DNA of 64,000 nt from Bdellovibrionota bacterium (GTDB taxonomy: Bacteria > Bdellovibrionota_C > UBA2361 > JAAYZI01). The position numbers were made by a program, and so were the translations under genes. The stretch covers positions 96,001-160,000 of the forward strand of contig JBMNIF010000002.1 of NCBI GenBank assembly GCA_050950765.1, in the 5' to 3' direction. Each line of letters starts with the position of its first letter. Within the stretch, counting starts at the first letter, position 1. This document shows positions 20,104 through 31,712 of this stretch, piece by piece. The notes under the pieces are model-generated. The model worked only from the letters and a program-made list of their open reading frames with translations, had not been told where the DNA came from and ran no database searches.

Positions 20104-21144
20104 CTATGAAGCTGGGTTAAAATCTATCTCTACATATTTAAAATCATCATAAAACTGCTGCGGAGGTATCGGCACAGGGCTGGCCTTACTCACAGCACGC
20201 ACTACCGACTGATCAAAAAGCGCATTTCCAGAAGAAGCAGACATCTTAATATCGCTTATGACACCGCTGGGGCTTATCCTAAACTTAACAACAGCCTGTA
20301 ACTGAGAAGCAGGTTGATGCCACTTCCACCCTTTCCTAACGTGCGTTTCTAGCTGCTCTTTGTATATAAACCACTCCGGCGGACGCAACACACCGCCCCC
20401 CATACCACTTCCACCACGACCATCGCCACCAAAGCCGTAACCTCCTGCATCAGTCGATGGTCCAAGATAACGTTGCATCGCCTGTTGATAGCCACGATCT
20501 ATATCGGCAGAGCTCATCCCTCTACCAGATCCTCCTCCGCCGCCACCACCAGTACCACTGGTAGAGCCCGCTGTTTTATTACCCCCTGTCGTCTTCCCTT
20601 GAGCCCCTTTTGTAGGCTTTTCCTCTGTTTTTTTAGGTGGCGCAGCTACTGCCTGCTTCTTTTCCGCCTCTTTTGGAGGCTCTTTTTTAGGCTCAACTTT
20701 TTTTTCTCCCTTTTTTTCTTCCTTTTTGTTTTTATCCGCTAAGGAAACTTCAGCATCCTCGTCTGCCACCTCCGGCTTTTTAGTCTCAACTTTAGGAGCT
20801 TCTTTTTTTGTAGGTTCAGCTGGCTTTTCAACTTTTACAGGTTCAGCACCTTTTTCTCCGCCCCCTTCCCCTTTCGATCCTTTTGACCCTCCCGCACTTG
20901 TTTTTTTAGGAGGAGCGATAGGAGTTTTTTGATTACCGATGGGGATCTGGTTAATCCCCCCTAACAGATTACTGCTCTCCATCGTAACCGAATAAATAAT
21001 TCGCGGAGATTCCTTTTCTTCTGAAAGATGAACCCCAAAGATCATCACATAAAACAGTAATCCGTGCAAAGTCAAAGATATGACGAACGCTATTTTTGTG
21101 AAATCATCATTTCTGGCGGCAGTAACTACCATCTTTATACTCAA
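20104..21144 (-). CDS. tolA: TolA/TonB-like energy transducer
   Basis: N-terminal TM with SLTLH, K/E/P/G-rich linker, TonB_2 C-terminus; between tolR and tolB. Confidence 0.8.
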   Translation of the reverse strand: MSIKMVVTAARNDDFTKIAFVISLTLHGLLFYVMIFGVHLSEEKESPRIIYSVTMESSNLLGGINQIPIGNQKTPIAPPKKTSAGGSKGSKGEGGGEKGAEPVKVEKPAEPTKKEAPKVETKKPEVADEDAEVSLADKNKKEEKKGEKKVEPKKEPPKEAEKKQAVAAPPKKTEEKPTKGAQGKTTGGNKTAGSTSGTGGGGGGGSGRGMSSADIDRGYQQAMQRYLGPSTDAGGYGFGGDGRGGSGMGGGVLRPPEWFIYKEQLETHVRKGWKWHQPASQLQAVVKFRISPSGVISDIKMSASSGNALFDQSVVRAVSKASPVPIPPQQFYDDFKYVEIDFNPAS

Positions 21145-21150
21145 CCAAAA

Positions 21151-21621
21151 CTATTTTTTAGTATTAACACCCTTTTTATCATCTTTTTCGGATCGTTTGG
21201 CTGAACTAACAGGTGCCGAAACCAATCCAATCTGAGTCACACCACCTTGGTGCAGCTCCCCCATCACCTCCATAACTCGACCGTACTGCAGATCAGTATC
21301 AGCTTTAATATAAACTTTCCTTTCAGCAGCTGGTCTCGCCTTTAATATCGCATTAATCTTCTCTGATATGGCTGACAGCTCGATCTTATTTCCACTTCCG
21401 ATATAGACATCACCGGCAACATCAATAGACACTACGACCTGCTCGTCCGTCCCTTGCAAAGCTGCGGTAGTTGCTTTCGGTAAATTAACATCAACCCCCT
21501 GTTGCAACATCGGAGCAGTCACCATAAAGATCACCAACAACACCAACATTACATCAACTAACGGTGTCACATTAATATTAGCAACAGGCCCACTTTGAGA
21601 GTTATGTTTAGATCCTGCCAT
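21151..21621 (-). CDS. tolR: TolR
   Basis: INVTPLVDVMLVLLVIFMVTAP. Confidence 0.9.
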   Translation of the reverse strand: MAGSKHNSQSGPVANINVTPLVDVMLVLLVIFMVTAPMLQQGVDVNLPKATTAALQGTDEQVVVSIDVAGDVYIGSGNKIELSAISEKINAILKARPAAERKVYIKADTDLQYGRVMEVMGELHQGGVTQIGLVSAPVSSAKRSEKDDKKGVNTKK

Positions 21622-21670
21622 CTTCTTATCACCTTAAAAGATACGAAAAACCAATTTCAAGAGGGATAAA

Positions 21671-22381
21671 TTATACAAAAAAGCGCGCTGCGATACTGAT
21701 AAATTCAGAGCTAAAACTCGTCATTAAATCTTTAAAATTCTTCACCTCTACAACGAAGAAATTATACGCAATAGCAGCAGGGATAGCCGCAGCCAAACCG
21801 ATAGCAGTAGCAATTAAAGCTTCCGAGATACCAGGTGCGACCGCTTCAAGAGTTGTAGCAACTCCGCCCTTACCAAGTCCAAGAAAAGCATCCATAATTC
21901 CCCAAACGGTTCCGAACAACCCGATAAACGGTGCAGCACTCGCCACAGTCGCTAAGAAGGTAACCCCTTTTTCAAGACGCACACCCTCTTCAATCTCAGC
22001 TCTATTAAGCGACATCTGTAAAATATCGATCTCTCCAAAACGAGCACTCCCCGCCTCTCTCTCCTCTCTCTCTTCTCTCTCTTTGATTAGGTCACCCAAC
22101 GTTTTATAGCCACTATTAAAAACGTGCGACAACGGTGTTGATAAGAGGCGTCTAGTGGCACCATCTATCTGAGAGAGATTACGACTCTCCCAAAAGATCT
22201 GACTAAAAGCTTCAGTTTCTTTCTTTGCCTTTCTGAACTGCAAAAGTTTCGCTATCGTGATAGTCCAACTCCATAAAGATAACAAAACTAAGATAATCAG
22301 AACCGCAGTAACAACGGGTCCTGAATTCGCAACCATATCAAGGATGCCTTCTTCTTGTACTATAGCTATAGTTTCGTCCAT
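21671..22381 (-). CDS. tolQ: TolQ
   Basis: APFIGLFGTVWGIM, VAPGISEALIATAIGL; start approximate. Confidence 0.9.
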   Translation of the reverse strand: MDETIAIVQEEGILDMVANSGPVVTAVLIILVLLSLWSWTITIAKLLQFRKAKKETEAFSQIFWESRNLSQIDGATRRLLSTPLSHVFNSGYKTLGDLIKEREEREEREAGSARFGEIDILQMSLNRAEIEEGVRLEKGVTFLATVASAAPFIGLFGTVWGIMDAFLGLGKGGVATTLEAVAPGISEALIATAIGLAAAIPAAIAYNFFVVEVKNFKDLMTSFSSEFISIAARFFV

Positions 22382-22874
22382 TGCCTCACCATGACACAAC
22401 TGCATAACCATTCAATATTCAACACACAATTCAACACACAGAAACAGAAGGAATTTGAGGAAAAACTCATTGAACAGATATACAAAATTAAAAAACAAAA
22501 AAAGCATCTAACTGCGCTCTCTTTTAAAAAGCTTTTAAAACGAACTTTTAAAACGCTTCCAACACAAAGCATCAGCAGTTGACACTTATGTAATAATATT
22601 ACACACCAACAAAAACAGCACCAGATCTAAGAGGAAGATTATGTGAAAAAATCTACTATTTTAAAAGCTTGACGACAGAGATAGTGTCAAGCACAATCCA
22701 CCCTGTGCGTAACCATTCAAGTCTCTTTTAACAATCCAAGTCATTGGGAGAAGTAAAGCACAGGATAAAACACGGCGTTTTAAGGCATCACTTATCAGAT
22801 ATAAGTGAACTTTCAGATAAAATGCTCCGTTTTTCCAAAGAGTGGAGATAATCTTAAAATTAACGAGGTAAAAC

Positions 22875-23630
22875 ATGAACAGTAAGAAATTAGTAGTTGG
22901 AAATTGGAAAATGAATCTTGTTCCCAAAGAAGCCAAAGAGTTAGTTACTCAGATTGCCAATGCATACAACAACAATCTAAAAAAGGCGGAAGTTTGGGTA
23001 ACTCCTCCTGCGCTTGATATTCCAGCCGTAGCAGAAGTTTTAAACGGAACAACTATCAGGTACGGCTCTCAAAACGCATATTTTGAAGATAGTGGCGCTT
23101 TTACTGGGGAACTTTCTATCCCGATGCTTTCAGAATTAGGCGCAAGCTTCGCCATCGTAGGACATTCAGAGCGTCGTCACATCTTCGGAGAATCTAACGA
23201 ACAGGTAGCACAACGCGCCGTCGGACTTCTTAAGAAGAGCTTTACTACCATCCTCTGTGTTGGAGAGATGCTTCCAGATCGTGAAGCAGGACGAACCAAC
23301 GCCGTACTGGAAGCGCAACTGACCCCTGTTTTAAATAACATTGACGCTTCTTCGTTAACAAACTTGGTTATCGCTTACGAACCTGTTTGGGCTATCGGAA
23401 CTGGCAAGGTGGCAACGATCAAAGAGATCGAAGATGCTCACGCCTTTATCGATCAAACGTGTCGCAAAGCACTTAAAGAGTGTCCGCCGATCCTGTATGG
23501 CGGAAGTGTTAAGCCTAACAATTTTGCAGAGATTATCGCAGTACCACGTGTTAGTGGTGCTTTAGTTGGTGGAGCTAGCCTCTCTTTTGAGTCCTTCAAG
23601 GCTTTAATAGATATCGCCGAGCAACACTAA
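22875..23630 (+). CDS. tpiA: Triosephosphate isomerase
   Basis: GNWKMN, GHSERR, AYEPVWAIGTG, LYGGSV. Confidence 0.97.
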   Translation: MNSKKLVVGNWKMNLVPKEAKELVTQIANAYNNNLKKAEVWVTPPALDIPAVAEVLNGTTIRYGSQNAYFEDSGAFTGELSIPMLSELGASFAIVGHSERRHIFGESNEQVAQRAVGLLKKSFTTILCVGEMLPDREAGRTNAVLEAQLTPVLNNIDASSLTNLVIAYEPVWAIGTGKVATIKEIEDAHAFIDQTCRKALKECPPILYGGSVKPNNFAEIIAVPRVSGALVGGASLSFESFKALIDIAEQH

Positions 23631-23640
23631 AATATTATAT

Positions 23641-23684
23641 ATAGCGCCCGTTATTATCATCTCAAGATAAATAACGGGCACTAT
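23641..23684. terminator. Hairpin between convergent genes
   Basis: gcccgttat...ataacgggc inverted repeat after the tpiA stop. Confidence 0.6.
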
Positions 23685-23712
23685 TAGACACGACAACAGC
23701 AGAGACTTAATT

Positions 23713-25029
23713 TTAATACTCAACGAATCCGGAGTTATCTCCGCTAGTAATAAACCCTCCGGAACTTTTCTTCTCTAACGAATCTTCAGAGACTTTAAAG
23801 AGTGTATCAACGCGATGTTTGGAGCTTTTAGTTGCTGCTATCCAGAACACGAATTGACTTCTATTAGCGTCGTATCTCCACCGTCTAAGATTGTAGGCAT
23901 GTGAGAAACGGTATAACTTTGTGGCAACATCACCATTTTTATTTTCTACCCTTAAGGTATAAAGCCCCTCAACAGGTCCCTTCCTCAATTCAAAGTTAAA
24001 AGCTGTTTTTTCCTTATTAAGTGGCTTTAACGACAGGTCACGCAAAAGCACACCATTGTGATAAACAGAGATCCTTACAATATCCTTACCTTCCAAGACA
24101 CCTTTAAAACGTAACGCCGCCTTCTCTTTAGCTCCTCTTCTCCCACTTTGTTGATTGCGTCGTGATTGTCTGACATTAGCAGGCACCAAGATCTCTACAC
24201 TTCTTAATTCCAGCGGCGGTTGATATTGTGGTCTAGCAGCAAGTTTAAACCGCTCTGCAGCACTACGCCCCAATATCGGAGTGATCGATATCTCTGCCCA
24301 TTCACTAAATCTCTCTCTACCGACACGTTCTCTTATAAAAGCACGCGTTACCTCCATATCCAGATATTCAAGGTACAAGACAGCATCCAACGCCGATAAA
24401 TTTTTCTTCCCACCACTCAAAATAACATCGATACCACCGATAAAATTGTACAACGAATACTTTGAAGCAACGTATCTCGCAGAAAGTGAGTTTGCTAAAT
24501 CACGCGCAGCTACACGAGCATTCCCGAGAATTTCGGCGACATCCTCACCTTTTAAAAGCTCCCACGAAACACTCTCCATCGGAATGAGGGGTTGCAACCC
24601 CCTTCTAGCTTTAGCTGAATCTTTTGCAGTAGACTTACCTGACTGTTTTAATTTTTTTTCAGATTGTTCAGTAGCGGTTTCTTCTACGTGACCGGAATCA
24701 ATTAAGTAAGAATATTGTGTCAATTTCTTATCGGAAGAGATCGAGCCATCAGTGATAGGTAATTGATCCACGACACCAACTACACCACCCTTAGCCTCCT
24801 TCTCTTTTTTCTTAGTCTTTACTTTTTTTGTCTTCCGCAGATCTTCTTTAGTTTCAGACAAACCATCCAAAGTTATAACCTGTTCACCGAGATCACTATC
24901 AAAATCCCCCGCTTCATCAATGTCTGAACCGATAAAATCAGGCACAAAAATAATCGCAAGAACAATAACGATAACGACAACAGGTAAAAACCAGTTATTA
25001 CTTTTAAAATCGACGAGATCCAGAGCCAT
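23713..25029 (-). CDS. Hypothetical membrane-anchored protein
   Basis: 438-aa ORF with N-terminal TM, charged linker and beta-rich C-terminus; no family recognised. Confidence 0.7.
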   Translation of the reverse strand: MALDLVDFKSNNWFLPVVVIVIVLAIIFVPDFIGSDIDEAGDFDSDLGEQVITLDGLSETKEDLRKTKKVKTKKKEKEAKGGVVGVVDQLPITDGSISSDKKLTQYSYLIDSGHVEETATEQSEKKLKQSGKSTAKDSAKARRGLQPLIPMESVSWELLKGEDVAEILGNARVAARDLANSLSARYVASKYSLYNFIGGIDVILSGGKKNLSALDAVLYLEYLDMEVTRAFIRERVGRERFSEWAEISITPILGRSAAERFKLAARPQYQPPLELRSVEILVPANVRQSRRNQQSGRRGAKEKAALRFKGVLEGKDIVRISVYHNGVLLRDLSLKPLNKEKTAFNFELRKGPVEGLYTLRVENKNGDVATKLYRFSHAYNLRRWRYDANRSQFVFWIAATKSSKHRVDTLFKVSEDSLEKKSSGGFITSGDNSGFVEY

Positions 25030-25217
25030 ATCCTTTACACCCTAAATAGAAACAGAAACTCAAAGAAAAATAAGGTATCCTCCAGCTTCGATTGTAACAA
25101 GATTTCGAAAGATAATCATTCTATGTTATTAAGATTTAACCTCCGAATGATATCTTAGAATAAAAATTATCAGATATTTCCTGCTGAAACACCCCTCTAA
25201 AAAGCAATCTATTGATT

Positions 25218-26204
25218 TTATTGCTTAAAAATACGCTTCAGATCTTCACTATCACCTAAATATCGAGCTCCTTTATGCATAATAATCTCTTTTGACATTC
25301 TGGCAGCCCGCATTCCTGACTCTTTCGGAGTATAACCGTGTGAAACTCCGTATAAATAACTACCGGCAAAAGCATCTCCCGCCCCTGTTAAATCGACGGG
25401 CGTGCAAGGAAACGCCGGAATCAACAACTGTGCGCCGTCACAACAGATATAAGCTCCTTCAGCACCGACTGTAACTACCGTATTCGGGACGATATCAGCC
25501 ATAAAATCAACAGCTTGCTGCACGGAATCAACTCCTGCGTAAGCTTGTGCTTCCGCTTCATTAGCAAATACCAGTTCGGATCTGGTGAGAACCTCTCCTA
25601 ATGCAGCGTGGTGATTTTCAACGATCGGCACGGCAGAGGTCGTGACGGCGACTTTCGTACCGTTTTTTTTCGCAATATCTAAAGCTTTTTCGATGGCAGC
25701 AACTGCAACTTCGCCACCTGAAAAAAGATATCCCTCTATAAATAACCACTCGGAAGCAGCGATACACTCCTCTTTAATATGCGTAACGTTAAATTCTTCC
25801 GCCGCTCCTAAACAGATCCTCATTGTACGCTCAGCGTCAGGAGAAATTAACGAGATACAACACCCTGTTGATAGTGGTGAGGTAACATCAGCCCCCAACA
25901 CCACACCATAACTTTTAAAATCATTTGCAAAGTGTTTTCCTAATTTATCATCTCCAAGACTCGCCAAGAAAACACCTTTCCCCCCTAATTGCGCAAAGAT
26001 CAGTAAGGAATTAGCTACGGAACCTCCACTTACTAAAACCTGATCTCTATCGGCAAATTTCTTTGTTACCGCTTCGACTTCATCTTGATTTATAACTCCC
26101 CAACTCCCTTTAGCCCAACCCAAGTCGGCAAGCTCTGCATCAGAAACCTCTATCAAGATATCAACAACACCGTTCCCCATAGCACAAAGATCAAGCCTTT
26201 TCAC
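25218..26204 (-). CDS. PfkB-family adenosine/inosine kinase
   Basis: SGGSVAN, DAERTM, FANEAEA, DLTGAGDAFAG. Confidence 0.9.
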   Translation of the reverse strand: MKRLDLCAMGNGVVDILIEVSDAELADLGWAKGSWGVINQDEVEAVTKKFADRDQVLVSGGSVANSLLIFAQLGGKGVFLASLGDDKLGKHFANDFKSYGVVLGADVTSPLSTGCCISLISPDAERTMRICLGAAEEFNVTHIKEECIAASEWLFIEGYLFSGGEVAVAAIEKALDIAKKNGTKVAVTTSAVPIVENHHAALGEVLTRSELVFANEAEAQAYAGVDSVQQAVDFMADIVPNTVVTVGAEGAYICCDGAQLLIPAFPCTPVDLTGAGDAFAGSYLYGVSHGYTPKESGMRAARMSKEIIMHKGARYLGDSEDLKRIFKQ

Positions 26205-26305
26205 TGCAATTCTCCCTTCAATTAGTCATTTATTATAACAGCCACCTATTTTTTTAGACCTTAAAAAACCAAACACCTCACTCGGTCACACCATACTATA
26301 TATAT

Positions 26306-26686
26306 TTAATTCTTCTCTTCAGAGCTACCGTCAGTTACTATATGAAATTTAAAGGTATGAACCTCATGCTCCTCACCTCGCCATGGAATAAAAACCCCCT
26401 CTTCATACTTCAAACTTAACGTAACATCATCACCATAGCGCCGAATTACAAGGTCATTTTCAGTGGCAGGAATATCACCGTTCCTTAAATGAGTCCTCAA
26501 TTTACTCCTAATCTCTCGATCAGAAAAATTACTTCCAACCCTTGCTAACTGCTCCATCTGATTTGCCAACTCAAGATGATAGTACCAGATCGGCACCACT
26601 TGATTCGCTATAAATAACGTTGCAGCGATAATCACGCCAAATACAAGAAGGGTCAATTTCCCAATACCAGAGTCATTTCTTAACAT
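26306..26686 (-). CDS. Small membrane protein (DUF4845-like, pilin-like N-terminus)
   Basis: Short basic leader, then G and a hydrophobic helix; family inferred from overall pattern only. Confidence 0.5.
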   Translation of the reverse strand: MLRNDSGIGKLTLLVFGVIIAATLFIANQVVPIWYYHLELANQMEQLARVGSNFSDREIRSKLRTHLRNGDIPATENDLVIRRYGDDVTLSLKYEEGVFIPWRGEEHEVHTFKFHIVTDGSSEEKN

Positions 26687-26784
26687 AAGGATAACCTTTA
26701 ATTTTATAACACCTGAATATTATGTTACCGCATTCATGTCACCCAACGGTATAAAAATCAAGTTTTTTCCTCCTTTAACATTCT

Positions 26785-27010
26785 CCCTTCTTTCATAGAA
26801 CGGATCCTCATCTAAATATTACCACTTACTTTGAAATCTCTTCCCCTTTTTCCTCCCCTAACTCCATCCCTTCTTTCATAACACGGATCCTCATCTAAAT
26901 ATTACCACTTACTCTAAAACCTCTTCCCCTTTTTCCTCCTCTATACTCCATCCCTTCTTTCATAACACGGACAATTACCTATGTTACCACTTGCTCTAAA
27001 ACCCCTTCCT
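26785..27010. repeat. Intergenic tandem repeat, period about 84 bp, about 2.7 copies
   Basis: cccttctttcata...acgga...ttaccactt recurs at about 26785, 26868 and 26953. Confidence 0.8.
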
Positions 27011-27138
27011 CTTCCATAGCACGGATGATAATTTATCCTTATTACTATATCGAAACGGAAAGAACGGCTTTTAAAGGGGAGCGATCTCGTCTATTCTTCA
27101 TCGATAGAAAGGGCATTGATAGGAAAGGAGAACAAGTT

Positions 27139-27576
27139 ATGTTCAACTACATAAAGAACTTATATCTAAGGATCTCAAAAACATTACTCCCCGACGATCT
27201 ACCCCTTCTATTACGTCGCAAAGTACGCTCTCAACTTATTGTAGCTCTCGGTTTTACACTCCTCGGGATCGGCAACATCACCTTTGGGCATATAAAATGT
27301 ACTCAATACAAAGATATCTTAGCTCAAACCACACTTGAGCTTACTCCGCCAACAGAAACACCTAAAAAATTTAATTCCTTAATTTTTTCAACCTCAGTTG
27401 ATGTCACAAAACAGAATAAATATCTTAATCGGATCCATAGTCGTATCGATTTTTATACGATCGTAGTCCAAGCCGGAGCAACATTTATTATCATCGCTAT
27501 CACCCTCTTGATCTTAGCTCGTATAAATGTCCACTCTTTTTCTCAAGACACCCTTAAATCTGAGAACGTATCATGA
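27139..27576 (+). CDS. Hypothetical two-TM membrane protein
   Basis: ATG 27139 after an AAGGAG RBS; overlaps the next gene by 4 nt. Confidence 0.65.
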   Translation: MFNYIKNLYLRISKTLLPDDLPLLLRRKVRSQLIVALGFTLLGIGNITFGHIKCTQYKDILAQTTLELTPPTETPKKFNSLIFSTSVDVTKQNKYLNRIHSRIDFYTIVVQAGATFIIIAITLLILARINVHSFSQDTLKSENVS

Positions 27577-28322
27577 CAAGATCAATTACACAGAAAAGTG
27601 CTTCTTTACTTTTGCTTCCTTTCCAGATGATTCAGGCACTTTTTAAAATTTTTACCACCCCCCGTCTTCTTCTCCCCCTACTGGTTCCATACCTAATCGG
27701 AGCCGCTACTTTTATAACCACTCTGTGGCTAGGGGTTGATTATAGGAACGATTTGGCGGCACTAATTGTTTCTCCAGAATCTTGGTGGTATCAGATCTTA
27801 AGTTGGCTTGCTGTCGTCATATCTTTTTTTATCAGCACCCTTATCTCCATCGTCGTTATTTTACTGATTGCAGAAACTTTCATAGAGTTTTTCCTTACAA
27901 AAGCCTTCCCCCTATACGGCTTTACCTTTCCAGATACCCCCTTTTCATTAAAGGCTCTCACCACTTCAACGTTAGCTGCTTTAGGCAATGATTTTAAACG
28001 TATCATAATGATTATTATTCTAACTGTGATAACCATTATCTGTAGCTTCATACCTATTTTATTATTTATACCCCCTATAATAACAGCTTTTTTAGCAGGT
28101 TTTGATCTATTCAACCTCTCACTTAACATCTTAGAAATGCCCTTTAAAGAGCGCCGCCGTTTAATCAGAACTCACCTAATTGAAGTGATCTCACTCGGTG
28201 CCACCCTACTACTTTTTTTATTGATTCCGTTAGGGGGTATCCTGTTTTTCCCAGCAGCGTACCTAGTCGCCTTAAAACGACTTTCTGTTTGGGAAGAGAT
28301 GCAGCCTTACAAAAACTCTTAG
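27573..28322 (+). CDS. EI24/CysZ-like membrane protein
   Basis: Hydrophobic pattern resembling CysZ/EI24. Confidence 0.6.
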   Translation: MTRSITQKSASLLLLPFQMIQALFKIFTTPRLLLPLLVPYLIGAATFITTLWLGVDYRNDLAALIVSPESWWYQILSWLAVVISFFISTLISIVVILLIAETFIEFFLTKAFPLYGFTFPDTPFSLKALTTSTLAALGNDFKRIIMIIILTVITIICSFIPILLFIPPIITAFLAGFDLFNLSLNILEMPFKERRRLIRTHLIEVISLGATLLLFLLIPLGGILFFPAAYLVALKRLSVWEEMQPYKNS

Positions 28323-28400
28323 TTTTTTCGGTATTTAATTCAAAGATAAATAAGATATAACTAAAAGTTGTTTTGGTATTTAATTCAAAATAAATCTTTA

Positions 28401-28596
28401 GTTACATTTTAGATAAAAGATGTTAGCTTTTTTAAGTTGTAGAAGCTCTGTTTGAAGAAGAAAAGCTTATTTATGATCTGTTACATCTTAGGTAAAAGGT
28501 GTTAGCTTTTTTAAAGTTGTATAAGCTACGTTTGCAGAAGAAAAGCCTATTTATGATCTGTTACATCTTAGGTAAAAGGTGTTAACTTTTTTAAGT
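28401..28596. repeat. Intergenic tandem repeat, period 79-80 bp, about 2.5 copies
   Basis: gttacat(t/c)ttag(a/g)taaaag starts at 28401, 28480 and 28560. Confidence 0.85.
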
Positions 28597-28650
28597 GTGA
28601 ATGATGGAGCTGTATAAATCAGCTTTTTACTGATTGTTTAAGGGAGTTAT

Positions 28651-29706
28651 ATGAATAGTTATAAGATTGCCGTACTTCCAGGGGATGGTACCGGCCCTGA
28701 AGTTATAGAAGAAGCTATAAAGGTATTAGAAGCCGCCGAAAAAAAGTTCGGATTTAAATGTGATAAACAGTATTACGATTTCGGTGGAGAACGTTATCTG
28801 AAAAGTGGTCATATCTTGGATGATAGTGACGTTGAGGATCTACGTGGATATTCAGCGATCTTACTAGGTGCCATCGGACATCCAGAAGTTAAACCAGGGA
28901 TCCTTGAAAAAGGTATCTTATTAAAATTGCGCTTTGCGCTTGATCAATACATCAACTTGCGTCCGATTAAACTTTATAAGGCAGATTTCTGTCCATTAAA
29001 AGACAAAACTCCTGATGATATTGATTTTGTTGTAGTACGAGAGAATTCGGAAGGGCTATATACCGGCATGGGTGAGTTTAGAGATAAAGGAACGGCTAAT
29101 GAGGTTGCCATCCAGACTTCATACAACACCCGTAAGGGGGTGGAGCGTTGTTTACGTTACGCCTTTGAGTTTTGTCGTAAGCGCAATAAGAGAAAAACCT
29201 TAACCCTTTGTGGAAAGACAAACGTCTTAACTTACGCTTTTGATCTTTGGAAGAGAGTTTTTGACGAGCTTGCCGCAGAATATTCGGATATCAAAACTGA
29301 TTATATGCATGTTGATGCTGCAACGATGTGGTTCGTTAAGAATCCTGAGTGGTTTGATGTAATTGTTACTGACAATATGTTCGGCGACATCATCACCGAT
29401 CTCGGTGCAATGATTCAGGGCGGTATGGGCATTGCCGCTGGTGGCAATATCAATCCGCAAGGCGTTTCAATGTTTGAACCGATCGGTGGTAGCGCTCCTA
29501 AATATACAGGTCAGAACGTGATCAATCCGTTAGCAGCTATCTCTGCCGTTAGTATGATGTTAGAGACACTTGGAGAGGGTGAAGCAGCAGCAGCCATAGA
29601 AAAATCAGTTATCGATCTTGTAAACACCAAAGTTAAATCCCTTAGCGCTGGTAAGATGGGGTATGGGACTAAAGAGATCGGCGATCTAGTCGTTAAAGGT
29701 CTATAA
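28651..29706 (+). CDS. leuB: 3-isopropylmalate dehydrogenase
   Basis: [36 protein letters not shown]; no other leu genes nearby. Confidence 0.85.
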   Translation: MNSYKIAVLPGDGTGPEVIEEAIKVLEAAEKKFGFKCDKQYYDFGGERYLKSGHILDDSDVEDLRGYSAILLGAIGHPEVKPGILEKGILLKLRFALDQYINLRPIKLYKADFCPLKDKTPDDIDFVVVRENSEGLYTGMGEFRDKGTANEVAIQTSYNTRKGVERCLRYAFEFCRKRNKRKTLTLCGKTNVLTYAFDLWKRVFDELAAEYSDIKTDYMHVDAATMWFVKNPEWFDVIVTDNMFGDIITDLGAMIQGGMGIAAGGNINPQGVSMFEPIGGSAPKYTGQNVINPLAAISAVSMMLETLGEGEAAAAIEKSVIDLVNTKVKSLSAGKMGYGTKEIGDLVVKGL

Positions 29707-29719
29707 ACCTTTAACTAAA

Positions 29720-29755
29720 ACAGCTGCACGCTCTTCAATAAAAACGTGCAGCTGT
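29720..29755. terminator. Hairpin downstream of leuB
   Basis: acagctgcacg / cgtgcagctgt perfect 11-bp inverted repeat. Confidence 0.7.
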
Positions 29756-30041
29756 ACAGACGCTACTATTTCTTTTCTATAATATCAGCTAGCTCGAGCC
29801 GCGCCTTTTCTGACTTCCTAGCCTGGACAGTTTTTTAAAGCTTCGCTTTTAAAAAACTTCCCCACTACATAATAAATAAAAACCGATATCCCAACACTCT
29901 TAGGGTCGACAGACTTCGGAAGTCAGACGCTACTATTTCTTTTCTATAACCTAAATTCCGCAATTTTTATCTTTTCTCCATTCCAGAAATAAGCCACCGT
30001 ATTTTTTATTGATATTTTAGTTAGTTATATATTTTTCTATA

Positions 30042-30069
30042 TTGACATTTCCTGTTTGTATGGTATGAT
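30042..30069 (+). promoter_or_regulatory. sigma70 promoter of the transposase
   Basis: TTGACA, 16 bp spacer, TATGAT with extended TG; GGGAGG RBS follows. Confidence 0.65.
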
Positions 30070-30097
30070 TGCCCTATACATATTAGGGAGGTTTTTT

Positions 30098-31712
30098 ATG
30101 AAAAAAAATAACTAAAAAAGTTGACTTACCAGATAGGCAAATTGCTCGTAAGAAAAACAAAAATGGGACTACTTATATCTATTACAGGATGAACTTTCGT
30201 CGTGAAAACGGAGAGCCTACGTTTGATGAAATAGGTATAGGGAAGCTAGATGAAAGCGGTAAGAAATTAATTCCTAATAGAAATTACTATGATTTGTTTC
30301 CAGATGATTCTAATAGATATGTTATTAGCAATAAATCTTTTGGTCTTACTTATGTTTTAAATAAGATTGTAAAAGATTTAAGGTTAGACAAGACATTGCT
30401 TTCAATTTTTGGAAATGACACATACGAGATTTTAACTTTAGCGTTTTATATTCTAGCAAATGGAAATGTAGTATCACATGCTTCAAGTTGGATAGATGAT
30501 AGTGTCTTACCATATGAAATTTCTGAATTAACAAGTCAAAAAATAAGTCGTCTTTTTGAACGTATTGACTACGAGAAAAGACTTAATTTTTTTAAGAAAT
30601 GGACGAAGCGATATTTAGCTCAAGAATGTTGGTATTATGACGTAACTTCCATATCTTCTTATAGTAAAAAAATAAGCATATTGGAGTTTGGCTATAATAG
30701 GGATATGGATAAATTGCCGCAAATAAATATAGGTATGTGCTACGGCTCTACAACGAAGCTTCCTTTATTCTATCAAGTTTATAATGGCAGCATTACAGAT
30801 AAGACATATTTTAGTTTTCTTTTAAGAGACTTTCCATTTATTAGTCTTAATAATCGTATTAACCTTGTTACGGATCAAGGTTTTGTGACGCAAGATAATT
30901 TAGCGGAAGTAGCAAATGAAGAAGGGCAAAAGTTTGGACTACTTTGTCCTTTGCCACTATATTGGAATGACGCTAAAAGAATATTAGAAAATCACACTGC
31001 ACTTATTAAGCAAGATGCTAATTATATAAAAGGAACCTCTACTTTTGGTTGTTCTGTAATAGATACTGTTATGGGACAACCTGTAAAGATTTATGTTTAT
31101 TACAATATGGGAAAGGCGCCATATGAGATAGTTCAATTTTACGAGAAAATTTCTAGAATGGAAGAAGAGTTAGAAGAACTGAAAAAATTAAAATACTCTT
31201 TGCTGGATCGTAAAAAATATAGGAAATATTTTGATATTAAAATAAATGAAGATGGTTTCACTTATGAAAAAAAATCAGAAGCTATAGATGAATACTTGAG
31301 AAATTGTGGCTTCTTAATTTTGATTGGTATTGGTTGTGATTCAAATCCGAGTGAAGCACTTTTTCGTTATCGTCAAAAAGATGTAATTGAAAAACAATTT
31401 TTCCAGCTAAAAAATGAAATTGATTTTAGAAGACTTAAAACACATAATCTTCAAACCACAGAAGGAAAACTTTTTGTTGGATTTTTAGCTCTTATACTTA
31501 GAAGTTATATTCTTAATTTACTTAAAAATGATACAAGGCAAAAAAAGTTTAATATACCTGATGTCATTAAAGAGCTTCAAAAAATTAAAGTTATAGAAAC
31601 TAAAAATGGCAGTAAATTAATGGTTCCGTTAACAAAAAAACAAAAGGATATTTTGAAAATTTTCAATATTGAAGAAGATGACTTTCTAAAAAGTATTTTT
31701 AAGAAAAAGTAA
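30098..31712 (+). CDS. IS1634-family DDE transposase (extra A in an A8 run right after the ATG)
   Basis: YYDVTS, GYNRD...LPQIN, VTDQGF, YRQKDVIEKQF...K motifs. ATG 30098 is out of frame with the 30189-31712 ORF by one A. Confidence 0.8.

Noticed and set aside
22355..22936. Short ORFs between tolQ and tpiA
   Set aside because: Overlapping low-complexity frames in a divergent promoter region; no motifs.
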